64,000 nucleotides of DNA from assembly GCA_016713525.1 (NCBI GenBank), contig JADJOZ010000033.1, forward strand, positions 255,007 to 319,006. The letters run 5' to 3'. The position numbers were made by a program, and so were the translations under genes. This document shows positions 34,145 to 44,833 of this stretch, piece by piece. Source of the DNA: Bacteroidota bacterium. GTDB lineage: Bacteria; Bacteroidota; Bacteroidia; AKYH767-A; OLB10. How positions within the stretch are numbered: position 1 is the first letter of the stretch; every line of letters begins with the position of its first letter. The notes beneath the pieces are model-generated. The model did not search any database and was not told the origin of the DNA. It saw only the letters and a program-made list of their open reading frames with translations.

Positions 34145-35212
34145 TTGATATCTAAGATATTCTTTCCGGCATTAATTTATCTGATTTGCTCTTGCATGCC
34201 TGTGTTTTTGATTGCTCAGGACACGATTTCGAAAAATCGAATCGGTATTTTACCAGTACCATCGTTCGGTTATTCTCCTGAAACAGGAACCTATTTTGGC
34301 GCTGTAGCACTTTTTACTTTTCAAAAAAATTCCGATTCAATTTCACGGGCAGGAAATGCTAAAGTTGAGTTTGTTTATACACTAAAAAAACAAATTATCC
34401 TGGAAACAGAATGGAATATGCCTTTTGATTCTGGCAACTATTTTACCAAAGGATTAATCCATTTTTCCAAATACCCCGATCGCTATTTTGCAAATGAGAA
34501 AGGTGGATCCGATTTCAAAGGATATTATTTTTTGAGTGAAAGAATATCAGCGGAAGCATCTATGCTTAAACGGGTCAGAAAGGAATTTTATGGCGGACTT
34601 AGCTTTAAATTTGTTGACTATTCAGTATTGAGGGATTCTTTCCCGCTAAATATCGGAATTCCTGATGCAAATGCAACTGTTATCGGTGGAGGTCCTACCG
34701 TATTTTTTGATTCAAGAGACCATTTACTAACTCCATCAAAAGGATGGTATATATGGGTTAATGGAGGTTTTTATTCATCGAAAAATGATTATTTTAAACT
34801 GACTTTGGATTTCAGAAAGTATTTTTCAGGTAAGCTGGGTAATACTTTCTCCTTTCGCCTGCTACAGGAATTTAATACATCAAAATCGCCATTTTTTGAT
34901 TTGCCAAGGATTGGTGGAGATGAAATTACCCGTGGCATTTACAGTGGCCGCTTTTTTAATGATCATTCCGCCATCCTGCAAATGGAATACAGATTTAAAG
35001 TATACAGGCGCTGGGGTGTTTCTGTTTTCGGAGGAGGATCAACAGTTTATAATCGCTATTCGGCACTGAACAACCTGGAATTATTTAGTAATGCAGGGTC
35101 TGGCCTAAGGTTTATGATTGATAGAAAAGGGAAAACAAATTTGCGCCTTGATTATGCTATCGGATCTTATGGGAGCTCCGGATTTTATGTGGCATTCGGT
35201 GAATCCTTTTAA
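34145..35212 (+). CDS. Omp85/BamA-family outer-membrane beta-barrel protein (surface antigen D15-like, no POTRA region evident)
   Basis: 355 aa with an uncertain start (TTG at 34145). The C-terminal barrel signature is 'GGDEITRGIYSGRFFNDHSAILQMEYRF..GSGLRFMIDRKGKTNLRLDYAIG..GFYVAFGESF', ending in Phe. Confidence 0.6.
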   Translation: MISKIFFPALIYLICSCMPVFLIAQDTISKNRIGILPVPSFGYSPETGTYFGAVALFTFQKNSDSISRAGNAKVEFVYTLKKQIILETEWNMPFDSGNYFTKGLIHFSKYPDRYFANEKGGSDFKGYYFLSERISAEASMLKRVRKEFYGGLSFKFVDYSVLRDSFPLNIGIPDANATVIGGGPTVFFDSRDHLLTPSKGWYIWVNGGFYSSKNDYFKLTLDFRKYFSGKLGNTFSFRLLQEFNTSKSPFFDLPRIGGDEITRGIYSGRFFNDHSAILQMEYRFKVYRRWGVSVFGGGSTVYNRYSALNNLELFSNAGSGLRFMIDRKGKTNLRLDYAIGSYGSSGFYVAFGESF

Positions 35213-35218
35213 AAAAAA

Positions 35219-35250
35219 ATCGGACAACATAATTTTTTATGTTGTCCGAT
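35219..35250. terminator. Bidirectional hairpin terminator
   Basis: Perfect 12-bp stem: ATCGGACAACAT (35219-35230) pairs with ATGTTGTCCGAT (35239-35250). It lies between the convergent stops at 35212 and 35265. Confidence 0.7.
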
Positions 35251-35264
35251 TAAAATGCTATTGG

Positions 35265-38200
35265 TTACTTAATTTTTAAAACACGTTGTGTAAATGGTAC
35301 TCCATCTATATGGAATATCACCATATAAGCTCCTGGGGCATCTCCTGTAAATTTAAATGTATGTTTTCCGGTCGCAAGTTTTAAATCTCTGGCAAATTCT
35401 TTCACCACACGACCTAACACATCATTTATTTGTAATGAAATCTCTCTTTCACCATTCAATTCAAATTCAATTGTTACATCATCTTTAAAAGGATTTGGTA
35501 ATAATGTAAGAGATGACATTCCTTCGGGCAAATCAATTCCAACCGGCAAAATGACTATGGTGTCGGTTAAGTTGACCACACAGGAGCCTGATGTTACGGT
35601 TAATGTAACAGGATATGATCCTGCTGCAGTGTAAATATGGGTTGGATTTATTAATGTTGACAAGAACCCATCACCAAAATTCCATAAATAAGTTGCGGCG
35701 GTTTGTGTTGCTGCAGTAAATTGCAAGGTTTGCCCGATTTGTTGCAGTCCACTCACTGTGAACGCTGCACTTACCACAGAAACCGTAACTGAAATGGATG
35801 TGCTGTCACTTCCAAATGCATTTGTTGCAACTAATGAAACCTGATATACGCCACTTGAAGCGTATTGATGAGTAGGATTTTGAAGAACCGAGGTTTGACC
35901 ATCTCCAAAATACCATAACCAGGTAGTAGGTAAATTATTCGACCCATCTGTAAAGCTCACAATACCATTGCAATTGTCTATTGAATCAATGGCAGCAAGT
36001 GCAACCGGAGGCAGACTGTTACTGATTACGGTTACAGTATAATCTTCAAATTGTCCGTTTACCAGATTTATACATGGGGAAGGAATCGAATTGACCGATC
36101 TGTCTGACCCGATGCGCATTCGCAACGGAGTATTTAACACAGCAGTTAACGGTATAGTAATGTTTCCATTGTGAGTGCCAATTGCCTGTGAAGCAAAAAC
36201 ATTTTCTGCAGCAGCAAATACACCATCATTGTTGAAATCAATCCAGCATCTCACATTTTCATTGGAAGTAGCACCGGTGGTAACAGCAATAGGATAACTT
36301 AATCCTTGTGTCACAATAGTTGCAGCTGTACATGAATAATCCTGGAAGCCTTGTATGGCATTCTGTGTTGTATTATTTATTGTATTAAATGTAACATTTG
36401 TTATTCCAGCACTACAACAGAAAGCAGAAGTAATAGGACTACATAATGGTGCTGAAGGGCCATTCACTCCAATTATAGTTACCGAAATTGTAATGGAATC
36501 ACATCCTGAAACATTACATGCTATCAGTTTCACCGGATAGGTTCCGGCAGAAATATAAGTGTGAACCGGATTTTCCAAAGTGGAAGTGCCGCCATCACCA
36601 AAATCCCACAACCAAGAGGTAGCTCCATTAACGGTTTCATCGGTGAAATTTACTATCCCAGAACAATTACCTATGCTTGCATAATCAAAATCAGCACAAG
36701 GGTTTGCATTTATACTCATGGAAATATAAACGGAATCTATTGGATTTAAAGGATCATTGCTATTGATTACCAGATATGAATTATAAGACCCCGCAGCTAA
36801 TTGTCCCGAACTTAATGTTACATAAATGAGTGTTGAGTCACCTGGAGTTAATGTATCTGATAAACTACTCAATTGTATCCAGGGTGATAAAGAATTTGAA
36901 TTACCATTTTGTATGATATTCGCAATAATACGTTGTGTAAATGCATTGAATGCGAAGTAATCGAAGCCCAGAAATACTCCTCTTCCGGCTCCTGTATTCC
37001 TGTAGCTGATTACATCATTATTGTTATAGGTTGCTAATGTAACTTTATCAGGATTTGTGAATGAATGATAGAAGGTTGCATTTGGGATAGGAATGCTTAA
37101 AGGAATATTGTCCATGTAGGCATGTGTGGTATCAGTTATAGTTAACGTTCCGGTGTTTACATTGGTAAGGAAGCTACCGGTAAACATACCCATATCATAG
37201 ATTCTGTTGGTACTACCTCCGCCAACTGATCCCAATACCACAACCACTCCTCCTGCATTCATGTAGTTCTGAACTACAGGACCGAATGATGTATAGTGAG
37301 TGCTGGTACCTGTTTCCTGTTCAGGCATCAGCAATAAATCAATGCCATTGAGGAGTCCTGTTAATACACTGGCATCTGTGGTGTTTGATGTTGTAAGGGT
37401 GTACTTGGTGAAATAGGCATTGATAGCTGCAATTGTATTTGGATACTCACCGGTCATGTCAACGCCCTGGGTTAATGCCAACACCCTTACTGTGTCAGTT
37501 AAGTTGTACCCACTGGCATTGAAAATTAAGTCAGGTCCTCCGGTATTGTAAATCCACAATGGAATTGTAACGGAATCAGAGCAGGCGTCCAGATTTACAA
37601 TTATAGAATCCGGAACGGTTAGAATCTGTGGCGCAAGAGTGCTTGTGCCGGTCAGACAAATTACAGTATCAACATCATTGCTCTGTACAGTAAGGAAGCT
37701 GTTGAATGTTCCTGCTGTTTGAGGATTAAATGTTACTGCGACCGATTGTGTAGCACCAGGTGCAATCGAAAGGGTGGTGGGATTCACACTGTAAGCATTG
37801 TTGGCAGGAGTGATTGATGTAATTTGTAATGTGTCGCACCCATTGTTGCCAAATGTTATGTTTTGAGATGCTGATAAATATTGCCCCACCTGACCAAAAT
37901 GTAAGCACGAATCGGAAACTGTCATCAATGGATCGCCTGCCACATTTAATGTAATCGAAATGATCAAAGGTGAATGTGCTGTATCATTTGAGTTAATTAA
38001 TATTTGGCTGGTATATAAACCTGCTGTAAGTCCGGAACTGTTAAATGTCAGATAAACAACAACGGAATCACCCGGTGCAATGGTATCCGACGATGAGGTT
38101 GTTTGCACCCACGGTGGTAAAGCATTAATTCTGCTATTCTCAACAATATTTGCAATAATTCGTTGCGTTTGAGCACTGCTTGCAAAGTAATCGAATCCTA

Positions 38201-41200
38201 AAAACACTGCTCTGCCTGTTCCGATATTGCGATATGATAATACATCGCCTGTGTTATGGATAATCAGGGTTTCTTTATCAGGATTGGTGAAATTATGGTA
38301 GAGTGTAGCGTTTACAGCAGCAACTGTAGGTGGAATATTTTCCATGTATTCATGCGTAGTATCAGTTACCGTCATAATACCTGTATTTGCATTGGTCATG
38401 TAGTTTCCAGTAAACATTCCCATTGTATATACACGATCCTGGCTTCCGGCCCCGACCGACCCCAGCACCAAAGCAACACCACCATTGTTCATGAAGTTTT
38501 GTATGGCTGGTGTGAATAAAGGATATTGGGTGATTGTACCTGATTCCTGTTCTGGAAATAGAACCAGATCCTTACCGGCGAGGAGTGAACTAAAGACTGC
38601 TGAATCGGTGGTGGAGGAAGTTGTCAGATTATATTTGGTGAAATAATTATTTATTGCAGTTATGGTGTTCGGATATTCGGTAGTTAAGTCCACACCATGT
38701 GTCATCGACAATACATTCACAGAATCAGTAAATGAACCACCTGTTGTATTGTAAACCAGGTCACCAGTCCCGGTGTTATAAATAGTATAAGGAATAGTAA
38801 CAGAATCATTACAATTCAATGAAACGCCAAATGAAACGGGATTAACTTCAATATTTGGCATTGCCTGAACAGTGATGTTTTGTGTTAATGTATCAGTAGA
38901 AACGCAATTGGTAACAATCAGTGTTACAGGAAAAACTCCTGAAGCAAAATAAGCATGAGATGGATTTTGTTGTGCAGAAGTTGCGCCATCACCAAAATCC
39001 CAAAGCCATGATTCAGGAGCATTGGTTGAAGCATCTGTAAATGGTACCGGAATAGCGAATGGTGGATTAAAAGAAGGTACACTCCAGTTAGCAACTGTCG
39101 GAATCTGACTACCTATAACCGAAGTCCATGTGGCATAGTAACCGGCAAAAGTTGTGGAACTGTTCGATGTCCATCTAATGAGCATCTTACCGGATGTAGC
39201 AGTAACATTTGCAGGGATGTTTGATCCGGAAGCAGTAAGTATAATGGGATCGGTCAGTTGATCGCCATCATGAACATATAGAATATCACTTCCTTGCGTT
39301 ACAAATTGCAGAAATGAAAGTGTAATACTTGTTGCACATGGTGGGGCAATGATCAGGGAACAATTTTCATTATTCTGATATCCTCCCAGTGGTCCACCTG
39401 AATCGTACAGTTCACCTGTTTGCGAAGATATTGTGGTGGTAGCACCACACATATTTACTGCAGTAACAACTTCAATATATGCAGTTTTAGTAATGGAATT
39501 ATTACCAAATCCGTTCGAAGCAGTTAGTGTTACAGGGTAAATTCCCGGAACGTTATATACTATTGATGGGTTTTGGTCTGTTGATGTAGTTGTAACTGCA
39601 CCTGTGAATGTCCACGACCAGGCTGTGGGAGCATTAATGGTGAGATCGGTAAAGTTTACTGTAGCGCCAACCGGAACCGAAACCTGATCGGCGATAAAAT
39701 CGGCAATTGGAGGTAAAGTATTTGCAATAAAAGTAATGGTATAATCTTCAGCTTGTCCATTGGCAGGATCATAACATGCTGAAATAATCGTATTTGCAGC
39801 AACATCATCAATGACACGCATGCGTAGTGGTGTGTTCAGGACGGCCGTTAGTGGAGTCTGCACAACACCTGTATGATTTCCGGTTTTATTATCTGAAATA
39901 AATACCAGTTCATCGGTATTATTAAAGCTTCCATCATTATTGTAATCAATCCACATTCTTACATCTTCAAGTACACCGGTACCTGTTGTTACAGATACCA
40001 GAACCGGGTCGCCCGCAGTTACTGTTGTAGCTGTTCCACATGTAAAATCTTTATACCCTTCACTGGCATCAACCGTTGTATTGTTGATGGTATTAAAGTT
40101 CACGTTCGTTATGCCGGCATTACAGCAATAAGACAAAGTTACCGGAGAACAGGAAGCTGAAACCGGACCCCCGCCATTTGTTATTGTGATGTAATTTGTT
40201 TTGGTCACAGTATCTGAAGTTCCACACAATCCGGTACCATAGGTAATCAGTTCCACTGTGTAAGTTCCTGCAGCAGTGTATGTATGACCGGGTGATGTTT
40301 GTGTTGATGTGTTACCATCACCAAAATCCCAGCTATAAGTGCAGCGATTCGTGGATTGATTTATGAAATTTACAGTTCCGGGCACTGTACAAACAAAATT
40401 GATGTTCGAACTAAACTGTGCTACCACCGCATTACTGAACAGACCGCCAACACCAGCTGCATACCAGGCATTAGTTACCTGAATTTCTTCATCAGAACAG
40501 CTACCGAATAAATCAATAGCCGATTGAATAGCATAAAATCTGGCATCTGCATAAGTTGCATTTGGAGTTAGGTACACGGTTAGATTCCGATAACTGATTT
40601 CGCTTGCATGGTCCATGCCAATAGGAACAATAGAATATGTATCGCCATTATCGTTTGTTCCCGATCCGCCCTGACAAAGTAAATAGTAATAGTAATTCAT
40701 AACTCCACTGTTGGTATGAACTGCTCCTGCAGAACTCCAGAAATTACCCAAATAGGTATCAGGGTGACTATACTGATTCGGATTCGACATATTCCGGAAT
40801 GGAATGCCACTTATATTTACCTGATCTCCTTCAAGAAAATTTGCTGTTGTTGGATTTTTAAAGAAATCGATTGATACTCCGAAACAATCACTGAATGACT
40901 CATTCAATGCTCCCGATTCATTGGCATAAACAAGTGCTGCAGAAAATTGCGTAACTGCATGCGTGATTTCATGACCTACAATATCAAGTGATGTAAGTGG
41001 AGTAAAATCTACCCCATCACCATCACCATAAGTCATGTAATTTCCATTCCAGAAAGCATTCACATAATTATTTGAATAATGAACATAAGAAACCATTTGT
41101 GCTCCTGCATTGTCATAGGAATTTCTTCCAAAATTAGTCAGGTAAAATTCATGAGTGGCTTCAGTACCAAAGTGTGCATCGTATGCATATTTATCGATAC

Positions 41201-42071
41201 CGGTTGAATTCCACAAGTTATCAGTGTCAGTAAATTCAACTGCGGTTGCATAGTTCGTTCCATTGTTCAGATTTAATGTCCTCACACCTCCAAAACCAAT
41301 ATCCGCTTTAAGTCTGTAACTACCCGGAGAAATACTATCGGTTGTCATGGTACGGATACCATTGTAAGCTGTAACTGCAGTAGCCGGTACATCGGTAGCG
41401 CAAATACGACTGATTTCATCAAGCGTTTCCCCTGTTTGTGCATCTATATAAATGTAAACTCTTTTTAATGGAATTTCACTGTAGATATCAAATTTGTAAG
41501 CTAATCTGTTTCGTTGTGCTTTTTGATAAATTACCAGTTCGCCTTTTTCTTTAGCACCTTCAAGTCCATTGTCAACGTGGTCATTATATTTTTCTGATGG
41601 AACAGCAGCAAGTGCTTTAGCAAATGCAGCGTCTGTAGACAGTGTTGGAGATGTTTGTGTCATGATATTTATATACCATTCCCCATTTGCAGAAGTAACA
41701 TATCCGTTTTTAATATGTACATAGTAAACTCCGTGTTCTACTCTTATACCATTATAAAATTGTTGGTATCGATAATGCGTATAGCCATGCAAATCACGTT
41801 CTGTTTTTTCAAGCCGCAATTCTTCTGCTTGTGTTAGTTGCAATAATTCATCACGCAACCAGTTCATGTGAGTTGCTTCTGAAATTTGCTGCGAATTTCC
41901 GGGTTTAAAATAATCAACGCTCTTCCTTTCTTCACTGATTTTTAATAATGAAGCTCCTTTTACAATTGCTGATGCTTCTGCATCTCTGTAAATCTGAGAC
42001 ATCCCTGTAAAGGGTATCAGAAAAGTAATTGCAAGAAAGAAAAAGGTTTTTAAAATGAATTTTGTTTTCAT
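35265..42071 (-). CDS. Giant T9SS cargo: M4 (thermolysin-like) zinc metalloprotease with propeptide, followed by 6 PKD, 2 GEVED, 1 CUB-like and several Ig/ASH-like domains, two copies of an unassigned ~200-aa module, and a T9SS tail
   Basis: 2268 aa. It has a signal peptide and an FTP/PepSY-like propeptide. The catalytic motif 'VGHEITHAV' places HEITH at 40959-40973, followed by 'GALNESFSD'. The PKD motif 'WDFGDG' occurs repeatedly. The GEVED ends are 'GQAEDYTITF' and 'GQFEDYTVTV'. The CUB-like part is 'CGATTTISSQTGELYDSGGPLGGYQNNENCSLII'. The tail is 'LTLLPNPFKDDVTIEF..GAYMVIFHIDGVPFTQRVLKIK'. Confidence 0.85.
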   Translation of the reverse strand: MKTKFILKTFFFLAITFLIPFTGMSQIYRDAEASAIVKGASLLKISEERKSVDYFKPGNSQQISEATHMNWLRDELLQLTQAEELRLEKTERDLHGYTHYRYQQFYNGIRVEHGVYYVHIKNGYVTSANGEWYINIMTQTSPTLSTDAAFAKALAAVPSEKYNDHVDNGLEGAKEKGELVIYQKAQRNRLAYKFDIYSEIPLKRVYIYIDAQTGETLDEISRICATDVPATAVTAYNGIRTMTTDSISPGSYRLKADIGFGGVRTLNLNNGTNYATAVEFTDTDNLWNSTGIDKYAYDAHFGTEATHEFYLTNFGRNSYDNAGAQMVSYVHYSNNYVNAFWNGNYMTYGDGDGVDFTPLTSLDIVGHEITHAVTQFSAALVYANESGALNESFSDCFGVSIDFFKNPTTANFLEGDQVNISGIPFRNMSNPNQYSHPDTYLGNFWSSAGAVHTNSGVMNYYYYLLCQGGSGTNDNGDTYSIVPIGMDHASEISYRNLTVYLTPNATYADARFYAIQSAIDLFGSCSDEEIQVTNAWYAAGVGGLFSNAVVAQFSSNINFVCTVPGTVNFINQSTNRCTYSWDFGDGNTSTQTSPGHTYTAAGTYTVELITYGTGLCGTSDTVTKTNYITITNGGGPVSASCSPVTLSYCCNAGITNVNFNTINNTTVDASEGYKDFTCGTATTVTAGDPVLVSVTTGTGVLEDVRMWIDYNNDGSFNNTDELVFISDNKTGNHTGVVQTPLTAVLNTPLRMRVIDDVAANTIISACYDPANGQAEDYTITFIANTLPPIADFIADQVSVPVGATVNFTDLTINAPTAWSWTFTGAVTTTSTDQNPSIVYNVPGIYPVTLTASNGFGNNSITKTAYIEVVTAVNMCGATTTISSQTGELYDSGGPLGGYQNNENCSLIIAPPCATSITLSFLQFVTQGSDILYVHDGDQLTDPIILTASGSNIPANVTATSGKMLIRWTSNSSTTFAGYYATWTSVIGSQIPTVANWSVPSFNPPFAIPVPFTDASTNAPESWLWDFGDGATSAQQNPSHAYFASGVFPVTLIVTNCVSTDTLTQNITVQAMPNIEVNPVSFGVSLNCNDSVTIPYTIYNTGTGDLVYNTTGGSFTDSVNVLSMTHGVDLTTEYPNTITAINNYFTKYNLTTSSTTDSAVFSSLLAGKDLVLFPEQESGTITQYPLFTPAIQNFMNNGGVALVLGSVGAGSQDRVYTMGMFTGNYMTNANTGIMTVTDTTHEYMENIPPTVAAVNATLYHNFTNPDKETLIIHNTGDVLSYRNIGTGRAVFLGFDYFASSAQTQRIIANIVENSRINALPPWVQTTSSSDTIAPGDSVVVYLTFNSSGLTAGLYTSQILINSNDTAHSPLIISITLNVAGDPLMTVSDSCLHFGQVGQYLSASQNITFGNNGCDTLQITSITPANNAYSVNPTTLSIAPGATQSVAVTFNPQTAGTFNSFLTVQSNDVDTVICLTGTSTLAPQILTVPDSIIVNLDACSDSVTIPLWIYNTGGPDLIFNASGYNLTDTVRVLALTQGVDMTGEYPNTIAAINAYFTKYTLTTSNTTDASVLTGLLNGIDLLLMPEQETGTSTHYTSFGPVVQNYMNAGGVVVVLGSVGGGSTNRIYDMGMFTGSFLTNVNTGTLTITDTTHAYMDNIPLSIPIPNATFYHSFTNPDKVTLATYNNNDVISYRNTGAGRGVFLGFDYFAFNAFTQRIIANIIQNGNSNSLSPWIQLSSLSDTLTPGDSTLIYVTLSSGQLAAGSYNSYLVINSNDPLNPIDSVYISMSINANPCADFDYASIGNCSGIVNFTDETVNGATSWLWDFGDGGTSTLENPVHTYISAGTYPVKLIACNVSGCDSITISVTIIGVNGPSAPLCSPITSAFCCSAGITNVTFNTINNTTQNAIQGFQDYSCTAATIVTQGLSYPIAVTTGATSNENVRCWIDFNNDGVFAAAENVFASQAIGTHNGNITIPLTAVLNTPLRMRIGSDRSVNSIPSPCINLVNGQFEDYTVTVISNSLPPVALAAIDSIDNCNGIVSFTDGSNNLPTTWLWYFGDGQTSVLQNPTHQYASSGVYQVSLVATNAFGSDSTSISVTVSVVSAAFTVSGLQQIGQTLQFTAATQTAATYLWNFGDGFLSTLINPTHIYTAAGSYPVTLTVTSGSCVVNLTDTIVILPVGIDLPEGMSSLTLLPNPFKDDVTIEFELNGEREISLQINDVLGRVVKEFARDLKLATGKHTFKFTGDAPGAYMVIFHIDGVPFTQRVLKIK
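36705..37634 (-). repeat. Intragenic repeat unit 2 (aa ~1480-1789 of the M4 mosaic protein)
   Basis: See unit 1. The core module is aa 1526-1722 (36906-37496), matching aa 1116-1312 (38136-38726). Confidence 0.8.
37938..38858 (-). repeat. Intragenic repeat unit 1 (aa ~1072-1378 of the M4 mosaic protein)
   Basis: It aligns by eye with aa ~1480-1789 at a constant 410-aa offset ('VTIPYTIYNTG' vs 'VTIPLWIYNTG'; 'GRAVFLGFDYFASSAQTQRIIANIVEN' vs 'GRGVFLGFDYFAFNAFTQRIIANIIQN'). The matching nucleotide stretches are about 1230 bp apart. Confidence 0.8.
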
Positions 42072-42446
42072 GATGTGCGGGGGTTAAAAGTTCTGTAAAT
42101 AACTTCTAATGATAAAAGTAATCCCTGACTTATCCAAACACTTTTTGGTGAATTATTACATTTCTGGTGTGAATAGATTGGCACACAATTGTAAAAATGG
42201 TTAATTATTTCTCATATTTTTCGTATCTAATTGAAATATAGTAGGATGTAAATATGTTAAAGGTTGAATTGCAAACGCATATGGGAACGAATATTTGGTG
42301 AGGTTTTCGACCTTTTTATTGATATTCTAAGAAATTAAGTGACAATTATGGGAAAGCTTCCGTGCTTAAAAAACTTATGAATAGTTGGAATGCTATCTGG
42401 AATTCATTATTTTAGTGCCATATCATTTTGAAAAGTTTATATCTTT

Positions 42447-44645
42447 ATGCTTATGTATAATAAAGAATTTAAAAAAAATATTTTGCAATTGACAGTTTTA
42501 ATTGCTGCTTTATTGTTGATTAGCTCAGAAATTGTTAAGAGCCAGGCACGACAAATCGGATCATTTAGTTCAGATAGTTATGGTGGACTTTCAACTTCTG
42601 TTCAGGCTGGAAACATTATTTTTTTCAGTGCAAATACACAAACATACGGACGTGAACTTTGGCGTACTGATGGTACCGAAGCAGGAACTTTCATGGTTGC
42701 TGATATTAACCCCGGATTAGGTGGAAGTATAATTGGATATTTTGAATATACCTCTCATGTAATGAATGGTATTATTTATTTTCGTGCCGATGATGGTGTT
42801 AATGGAATAGAGTTGTGGCGAAGTGATGGTACTGCTTTGGGAACTTATATGGTATTAGATATTGTTCCCGGTTCGGGCAGTGGTGCTCCCGGTGGATTTA
42901 CTCACACTAATAACATGCTTTTTTTTACTGCCGGCACAGGAAGCTCTTTGTGGCGTAGTGATGGCACTACCGCTGGCACGTTTTCTATTGGTTCTTTCCA
43001 AATAGTTTCTAATCTAACCGGCTTCAATGGTAATGTTTATTTCTCTGCCGATATTAATAACAGTGGTCAGGAGTTATGGAAGAGTAACGGTACTGTTGCA
43101 GGAACACAATTATTAAAGGATCTCAATGGTGTATTTGGTGCTTCCTTACCATGTAATTTTCATGTTACACCAAATATACTTTATTTTATGGCTAACACAA
43201 ATGATGGATGGGAATTGTGGAAAACAACCGGAAGTAATGCATCTACCGTGCAGGTGAAAGATATTAATCCCGGAAATGCAGGAGGTGTTTTGTCGGTTTA
43301 TAGTGTAGCTAATGCCGGCAATATAGGTAATACACTTTATTTTAGTGCTAATGATGGAGTAACGGGATATCAGCTTTGGAAATCTGATGGCACTGATGCC
43401 GGTACCGTTCGAATTTCTAATTTGGCAAATGGGGTTGACCAGAATGGTGCATTTCCAGTTGTTAATGGTAAGGTATTGGTAAATAATTATGCCAGTGAAT
43501 TCTTCTGGCAGTATGATCCGGTAACTGATATCTTTGATGAGTCTGCCTATCCTTCCCGAATTTGGTTTAATAGCTATGAAGGGAAATACATTTTTTCAGG
43601 TAACGAAATGTATTATACAGATAAAGATAGTGTTTTTGGTTGTGAAATATATTATGCTGATGGGAATACTGGCACATCCCCATTCTTTCTGGAATCGCAT
43701 TTAACCGATAATTGGTTTTTCAGCTCTACGCAAGGTTTTAATACCATATGTGGAATTTCAGGAACAAACCTTATTTTTTCTCAGGCTCGTTCTCCCTACA
43801 ATGCAGTTATACCACTTTTTTCAATAGACCTTTCTGCTTCTTCCAGTTGTTCATATCCTTCCGTGGTTTTTCCAGTACCTTTATCATTTACGAGTGCTCA
43901 CTTTGTATGGAGTTATATTCCTGATGCATCACAGTATGAGTTGCAGTATCGTTTGCAGGGAAACCCTTCCTGGAACTCAGAAATAACCGCACAAACTTAT
44001 GTCGCCTTAAATAACTTAACAGATTCAGCTAATTATGAATATCGGATCAGGGCTTACTGTAATGGTGCGTGGACAGCGTTTTCTGATATTAAAAATTATA
44101 ACTCCGGACAAACTGTAAATGATTATATCTTGCATATATTAGCTAATAAATCAGAAAATGATTCTACTCACAGAATATACTGGCTCAAAACCCCTCAAAT
44201 AACCAACATGCAAATAAGATACCGTGTTGCGGGTACTACAACATGGCAGACTGTTAGCAATTCTAATGGGTATCGACGACTAACAGGATTAATACCTGAC
44301 ACATTTTATGAGTATCAATGGCGTGCTAACTGGGGTGGTACCTGGGATCAGTGGTTTCCTTCAACGTTGTATTTTTATACGAAAAATGAAACTCTTACCG
44401 GTGTTGCCGACATAATTCCTGACAACATGGTGCCATTGATTTATCCGAATCCAGTATCAAATAATTTGCAAGGTAATTTTCCTGATGAAACGGAGTACTA
44501 CATCACCGATATCTCAGGTAGAATTTGTCAACAGGGTTTCTTTAATAACAATAATGTAAATGTAACATCGCTCGAATCCGGATTATATATACTTATTGTA
44601 CATGGTGGCATCTCCAACAGCTCAATTAAGTTTGTGAAAAAGTGA
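42447..44645 (+). CDS. ELWxxDGT-repeat protein with Fn3-like domains and T9SS tail
   Basis: 732 aa. The repeats include 'ELWRTDGTEAGT', 'ELWRSDGTALGT', 'LWRSDGTTAGT', 'ELWKSNGTVAGT', 'ELWKTTGSNAST' and 'QLWKSDGTDAGT'. The tail is 'PLIYPNPVSNNL..GLYILIVHGGISNSSIKFVKK'. Confidence 0.85.
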   Translation: MLMYNKEFKKNILQLTVLIAALLLISSEIVKSQARQIGSFSSDSYGGLSTSVQAGNIIFFSANTQTYGRELWRTDGTEAGTFMVADINPGLGGSIIGYFEYTSHVMNGIIYFRADDGVNGIELWRSDGTALGTYMVLDIVPGSGSGAPGGFTHTNNMLFFTAGTGSSLWRSDGTTAGTFSIGSFQIVSNLTGFNGNVYFSADINNSGQELWKSNGTVAGTQLLKDLNGVFGASLPCNFHVTPNILYFMANTNDGWELWKTTGSNASTVQVKDINPGNAGGVLSVYSVANAGNIGNTLYFSANDGVTGYQLWKSDGTDAGTVRISNLANGVDQNGAFPVVNGKVLVNNYASEFFWQYDPVTDIFDESAYPSRIWFNSYEGKYIFSGNEMYYTDKDSVFGCEIYYADGNTGTSPFFLESHLTDNWFFSSTQGFNTICGISGTNLIFSQARSPYNAVIPLFSIDLSASSSCSYPSVVFPVPLSFTSAHFVWSYIPDASQYELQYRLQGNPSWNSEITAQTYVALNNLTDSANYEYRIRAYCNGAWTAFSDIKNYNSGQTVNDYILHILANKSENDSTHRIYWLKTPQITNMQIRYRVAGTTTWQTVSNSNGYRRLTGLIPDTFYEYQWRANWGGTWDQWFPSTLYFYTKNETLTGVADIIPDNMVPLIYPNPVSNNLQGNFPDETEYYITDISGRICQQGFFNNNNVNVTSLESGLYILIVHGGISNSSIKFVKK

Positions 44646-44833
44646 TCCGCATTATAATTCTAAGATTTCCTGTTTGTCTATTAAAGAATGATTTTTCAAA
44701 GTACTTCATTTTTTAGAAAATCAAGATTAGAATTTATCCTTACTTTGGATTTGAGGCATTCTACCAATTATTGTATTCGATTCGCCAAAATTATTTTATG
44801 GCATTTGCTAAAACCTTAATTTTATAAAGCAAA

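Noticed and set aside
36705-38858. Regularly spaced ~1.2-kb nucleotide repeats, which might suggest a repeat array or mobile element.
   Set aside because: They are in-frame intragenic domain duplications of one 2268-aa ORF. They are not spacer/repeat (CRISPR) structures or insertion sequences. No CRISPR-like short repeat array was seen anywhere in the window.
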